Shown here piece after piece: positions 60,089 through 64,000 of a stretch of DNA of 64,000 nucleotides (its first letter is position 1; every line of letters begins with the position of its first letter). The stretch covers positions 389 through 64,388 of the forward strand of contig SIAN01000016.1 of assembly GCA_009691715.1 (NCBI GenBank), given 5' to 3'. This DNA is from Planctomycetota bacterium (GTDB lineage Bacteria; Planctomycetota; B15-G4; SIAN01). Both the position numbers and the translations under genes were made by a program. Under the pieces are notes generated by a model. It saw only the letters and a program-made list of their open reading frames with translations. It was not told where the DNA came from and made no database searches.

Positions 60089-61438
60089 TCAGAAATCCTG
60101 CGCTGGCGTGCCGCCGCGCAGGACCGTGATCGCGGCGTCGACCTGGCGATCGCGCAGCGGCGGCAGCGTGCGCTGGTGGGTGGCGAGGTGCTGTGCTCGC
60201 CAGCGCTGAGGAACGTGTAGCAGGCGCATTCGCTCGCCGAGCTCCTTCGTGCGCGCCTCGTCGAGGCGGATGGTCACATCGGGTTCGAGGCCGCCCAGCA
60301 CCTTCTGCTGGCGCGTGACGCGCTTTTCGATCGCGCGTCCCGACGGCGTCAGGTACTCGGCGGTGGTGAGCTTCAGCGTCGCCTTTCGATCGGCGCCGTC
60401 CGGGGTTCCTGGGCGATCATCGAGCGGGATGTTCCAGATCGACTGCACGACGCCCTTGCCGTACGTCCGCTCGCCGATCAGAAACGCGCGTTGATGGTCC
60501 TGCAGCGCGCCGGCCACGATCTCCGCGGCCGAGGCACTGTCGCCGTTGACGAGGATCGCGACCGGCAGATCGGGCCAACGGCATTCCGCCGGATCCGCCG
60601 CGTGAGTCACGCTCTCCTTGGGCGCGCGGTAGCGGATGCCGACGATCGTCCCCGACTTGATGAAGCGGTTGGCGAACAGGCGCGACACTTCGAGCAGCCC
60701 GCCGTTGTTGAAGCGGAGATCGAGCACCAGCGCCTGCATGCCCTTCGCCAGCAGTTCCGCCATCGCCGCGTCGAGCTCGTGCACCGTCTCGTCGCCGAAG
60801 CCGTCGACGTAGAGGTAGCCGACGTCGGCGGTGCCCTCGACCATCTCGCTGCCGACGACCGACTGCTGCGGGATACGGGCACGTTCGAGCGTGACCTCTT
60901 CGGTCGTGGCGCCAGCGGCGCGCAGCACCGACAGCTTCACGCGCGTGCCTGGCTCGCCCTTGATCCGCTCGATCGCCTGATCGCGTTCCAGCGTGTCGAT
61001 CGCGGTGCCGTCGATGGCGACGATGCGGTCGCCCGGAACCAGCCCGGCGCGATCGGCGGGCGAGCCGTCGAAGAGGTAGTCGATGGTGATCGGCGGCGCC
61101 GTCGGGTTGGTCGCGAAACCGACGCCGACGTAGTTCTTGTGCGTCTCCTCGGCGAACGGACGGCTCTCCTCAGGCGTGAGGAACTGCGAGTAGGGATCGA
61201 GGCGCTTGGTCATCGCCTTGATCCCGCCGTAGACCAGCTCCCAGCTCTTCGGATCGTCGAATCGCTCGACGTAGTCCTGCTCGAGACGGGTCAAGACCTT
61301 GGCGATCAGGTCGGCCTGCTGGAAGACGCGCTGGTTTGGTTCCTCGGCGCGGCCCCTGGCCACGACGACTGCCGCGATGATCATCGCCACCGACATCGGC
61401 AGCGAGACCAGCAACCCGTTCTTCACGTCGCGCGACAT
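60089..61438 (-). CDS. S41 family C-terminal processing peptidase with PDZ domain
   Basis: N-terminal TM. PDZ (GSPADRAGLVPGDRIVAIDG). LDLRFNNGGLL, S..SASAAEI.AGALQD. Confidence 0.9.
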   Translation of the reverse strand: MSRDVKNGLLVSLPMSVAMIIAAVVVARGRAEEPNQRVFQQADLIAKVLTRLEQDYVERFDDPKSWELVYGGIKAMTKRLDPYSQFLTPEESRPFAEETHKNYVGVGFATNPTAPPITIDYLFDGSPADRAGLVPGDRIVAIDGTAIDTLERDQAIERIKGEPGTRVKLSVLRAAGATTEEVTLERARIPQQSVVGSEMVEGTADVGYLYVDGFGDETVHELDAAMAELLAKGMQALVLDLRFNNGGLLEVSRLFANRFIKSGTIVGIRYRAPKESVTHAADPAECRWPDLPVAILVNGDSASAAEIVAGALQDHQRAFLIGERTYGKGVVQSIWNIPLDDRPGTPDGADRKATLKLTTAEYLTPSGRAIEKRVTRQQKVLGGLEPDVTIRLDEARTKELGERMRLLHVPQRWRAQHLATHQRTLPPLRDRQVDAAITVLRGGTPAQDF

Positions 61439-62631
61439 CAGGAGGCCGCTCCAGCAGGTGCGTGCTTGGTGAGGAATCGGCCGACTCGCGCGAGCGCCTC
61501 GCGCAACAGTTCGTCGGATGTGGCATAGGAGAGACGGATGCAGCGCGGGTCCCCGAACGCTGCGCCGGAGACGGCCGCCACGCCCACCTCATCGAGCAGT
61601 CGGTCGCACAGCGCGGTCGCGTCCGCGAACTTCCCGCCGAGCCACGCCGAGACGTCGGGGAACACATAGAAGGCGCCTTGCGGCGGCACCAGCGTGAGCC
61701 CGCGCACGCCCTTCAGCGCGTCGATGACCAGGCGGCGGCGGCGAGCGAAGGCGTCGAGCATCAGGCCGGTCTCGCGGCCATCGCATTCGAGCGCAGCCTG
61801 CGCCGCGTGCTGTGAGATCGAGCAGGCGTTGCTGGTGGTGTGGCTCTGCACCAGGTCCATCGCTTCGGCGACCTGGCGCGGCGCGGCGGCGTAGCCCATG
61901 CGCCAGCCGGTCATCGCGTACGCCTTCGACAGCCCGTTCACGACGACCGTCCGATCGCGCAACTGCTTGACCACCGCGGGCAGGGAATGATGAGTCGCGC
62001 CGTCGAACACGAGCTTCTCGTAGATCTCGTCGGTCACAATCCAGCAGTCGTGGCGCAGCAGCACCTGCCCCAGCGCCTCGATCTCCGCGCGGGTCCACAC
62101 CGCGCCGGTGGGGTTGCAGGGCGAGTTGAAGACGAACAGGCGCGCGCCGCGCAGCGCGACGTCGAGCTCCAAGAGATCGGGCTTGAAGCCGCGCGCAGCC
62201 GCGGTCGGCAGCAGGCGCGGCGTCGCGCCGACCAGCCGCACCGCCTCGGGATACGTCACCCAATAGGGGCTCGGGATCACCGCGATGTCGCCAGGGTCGA
62301 GCAGCGCCATGAACGCGTTGTAGAGCGACTGCTTGGCGCCGTTGCTGACGACAATCTCAGCGGCATCGTAGTCGAGCCCGTTGTCGCGCCGCAGCTTGGC
62401 GGCGATCACGCTGCGGAGCGACTTTTCGCCGGGGCAGGGCGTGTAGTGCGTCTTGCCGCCGTTGATCGCCGCGTGCGCCGCTTCCCGCGCCGGAATCGGC
62501 GTGTCGAAGTCGGGCTCGCCGGCGCCGAGGCTGATGACGTCGCGCCCGCTCTCCTTGAGCTGCGCCGCCTTCTGCATCAGCGCAAGGGGGGCGGACGGCG
62601 TGATCTGCAGCAAGCGTTTGGCGACGTTCAA
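61438..62631 (-). CDS. Pyridoxal-phosphate-dependent aspartate/aromatic aminotransferase (class I)
   Basis: GGAGG lies 6 nt before TTG 62631. GAGEPDFDTP, NPTG, SKAYAMTGWRMGY. 397 aa. Track start 62772 rejected (would overlap the divergent gene). Confidence 0.88.
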   Translation of the reverse strand: MNVAKRLLQITPSAPLALMQKAAQLKESGRDVISLGAGEPDFDTPIPAREAAHAAINGGKTHYTPCPGEKSLRSVIAAKLRRDNGLDYDAAEIVVSNGAKQSLYNAFMALLDPGDIAVIPSPYWVTYPEAVRLVGATPRLLPTAAARGFKPDLLELDVALRGARLFVFNSPCNPTGAVWTRAEIEALGQVLLRHDCWIVTDEIYEKLVFDGATHHSLPAVVKQLRDRTVVVNGLSKAYAMTGWRMGYAAAPRQVAEAMDLVQSHTTSNACSISQHAAQAALECDGRETGLMLDAFARRRRLVIDALKGVRGLTLVPPQGAFYVFPDVSAWLGGKFADATALCDRLLDEVGVAAVSGAAFGDPRCIRLSYATSDELLREALARVGRFLTKHAPAGAAS

Positions 62632-62728
62632 AACGAACCTCCGCGCGAACGCGGGTGCCTCCAGAAGAGTCGGGGGAATGTAGCCTTGCCGTTTTCGTCT
62701 CACAAGCGATGCCGCGCCGGACCCTGCC

Positions 62729-64000
62729 ATGAAACGCTTCCTCAAGATCGTGGCAATCCTCGCCCTGTTCATGCTGGGTATCGGCTACGTCGCGTTCCGC
62801 GTCATCTTCTTCGACCCCTTCGCCGGCGGCCCGGCGTCGCTCGACCCGCTGGTACCGAAAGACGTCGATTTCATGGTGCGGCGCAAGGGGCTCAAGCGCG
62901 ACTTCACCGAGTTCCCGCTGCCGCGGCTTTTCGCCTCGCTGAGCAAGCGGGAGGAGTGGAAGGACTTCGTCCGCACGCGCCTTTACCGCGAGGAGATCCC
63001 GGTCGCGGCGATCGAGCAGGCGTTCGCCGAACTCGCCACCTTGCCGGCGCAGATCGCGCCGCTCGACGTCATGGCGGACATCGCGGGGCGCGAGGTGCTG
63101 CTGTGCGGCCGCTACCGGGCCGACCAGTCGATCGCATGGGCGGCGATCGCGCGCGGCTCGTTTCGGATGAAGCTGATCGTCGACGCCCTCGCATTCGCGG
63201 CGGTCCGCAGATGGCGAGGTGACCTCATTTCCGAGTGGTCTGAAAAGGAGGACGTCCAGAGCTTCGTCGCGCAGGGCGAGCGCTGGCACCTCGCGCGAGT
63301 CGACGACGCGATCCTGGTCGGCAACGACTTCGAGTTGGTGCGCGACATGCGCAAGCTGGCGGACGCCGATGGGTTGTCGCTCGCTGATTCCCCGCAGTAC
63401 CGCGCGCAGATCCTCTCCGCTTCGCCGGCCGGTCGACCGATCGACTTCGCAGTCGATGTCGGCAATTCGATGCGCCAGTTCGGACTCGAGTTGGGGCCGC
63501 CGGCGCCCGACGACTCGGGGTTCCGGAGAATCGCGCGCGATCTGCTCGTGCCGGAGCGGTTCGGGCCAGCGTTGGGACGCGTCGCGCTCGGCAACCAGCT
63601 CGATCTCACGTTCTCCGCGACGATCGATCGCCCGGCGCTCGCGCCGCTGGCGGCGGGGCTGCTCGACGGCACCAGCGGCGACTTCGCGCAGGCGTGGAAC
63701 TTCTGCGGCATGGCGTTCCCCGCCAAGGTCGCCGCGGCCGTTCACGTCAAGGTCGACATGCGCAAGCTGCTGCGCCGGCTCGAAAGCCTGATCGATCCCG
63801 ACTGGCGCCGAATCCTGAACGAGGACTTCTTCCCCAACCTGAAGTTCAAGTCCGGCCAGATCCAGGCCCGCTCGCTGGCCGAGCTGTTCGAGTCGTTCGC
63901 CGGAATCGTCGGCGACGAGCTCGCGTTCGCGTTCGAGCCGAACGATCCCTACTCGCCGCCCGCGGCGCCGGGCGTCGATCCCGTGATCGAGTACCCCGAT
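62729..64000 (+). CDS. Membrane-anchored hypothetical protein (3' end outside window; not in ORF track)
   Basis: I translated frame 2 from ATG 62729 (MKRFLKIVAILALFMLGIGYVAF...). It stays open to nt 64000 with strong GC3 bias. Confidence 0.75.
   Translation, partial: MKRFLKIVAILALFMLGIGYVAFRVIFFDPFAGGPASLDPLVPKDVDFMVRRKGLKRDFTEFPLPRLFASLSKREEWKDFVRTRLYREEIPVAAIEQAFAELATLPAQIAPLDVMADIAGREVLLCGRYRADQSIAWAAIARGSFRMKLIVDALAFAAVRRWRGDLISEWSEKEDVQSFVAQGERWHLARVDDAILVGNDFELVRDMRKLADADGLSLADSPQYRAQILSASPAGRPIDFAVDVGNSMRQFGLELGPPAPDDSGFRRIARDLLVPERFGPALGRVALGNQLDLTFSATIDRPALAPLAAGLLDGTSGDFAQAWNFCGMAFPAKVAAAVHVKVDMRKLLRRLESLIDPDWRRILNEDFFPNLKFKSGQIQARSLAELFESFAGIVGDELAFAFEPNDPYSPPAAPGVDPVIEYPD

Noticed and set aside
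1-64000. Mobile elements, prophage, defence islands, rRNA/tRNA genes
   Set aside because: I saw no transposase, integrase, phage or restriction-type motifs, no long inverted terminal repeats and no strong compositional break. The absence of RNA genes is judged by eye only and should be confirmed with tRNAscan, Infernal or barrnap.

Overview
GC-rich (roughly two-thirds G+C by eye, not computed), densely packed chromosomal window from a Gram-negative bacterium. Gene content (DUF1501/DUF1573/LVIVD-type proteins, GspK-like pseudopilin, FHA-sigma54 activator plus Ser/Thr kinase) suggests Planctomycetota or a Myxococcota-like lineage, but this is inference only. I support about 58 CDS. Many are housekeeping genes: mazG, pyrG, kdsB, mtnP, tpiA, secG, pyrE, yicC, gmk, ftsK, pgsA, pgpA, priA, carA, larB, tsaD, a Ctp-type protease and an Asp aminotransferase. 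I recognised no rRNA, tRNA, CRISPR array, transposase or integrase. All family calls come from motifs I recognise in the translations; no searches were run. The ORF track prints GTG and TTG starts as M, and I trimmed many long N-terminal extensions. Best candidates for something new, in order: (1) Two tandem paralogs (1202-3167). In each, a signal-peptide-like segment is separated from the mature domain by an in-frame TGA at the same position, and a bulged hairpin follows. This points to selenocysteine or another UGA recoding event in an uncharacterised protein family. (2) A membrane-signalling module on the minus strand (22823 down to 15327). An FHA-GAF-sigma54 activator is translationally coupled to a Zn-ribbon/Ser-Thr-kinase/RDD membrane protein. 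A near-consensus sigma54 promoter follows and drives two Zn-ribbon membrane proteins and two membrane-anchored coiled-coil proteins, an arrangement reminiscent of the Psp system. (3) A motor-less FtsK-like protein with TM segments, an acidic linker and a gamma-type winged helix, coupled to ftsK. (4) A decaheme cytochrome fused to LVIVD repeats and coupled to a ten-EF-hand mono-heme protein. (5) Several 15-17 nt tandem-repeat arrays, both intergenic and coding.
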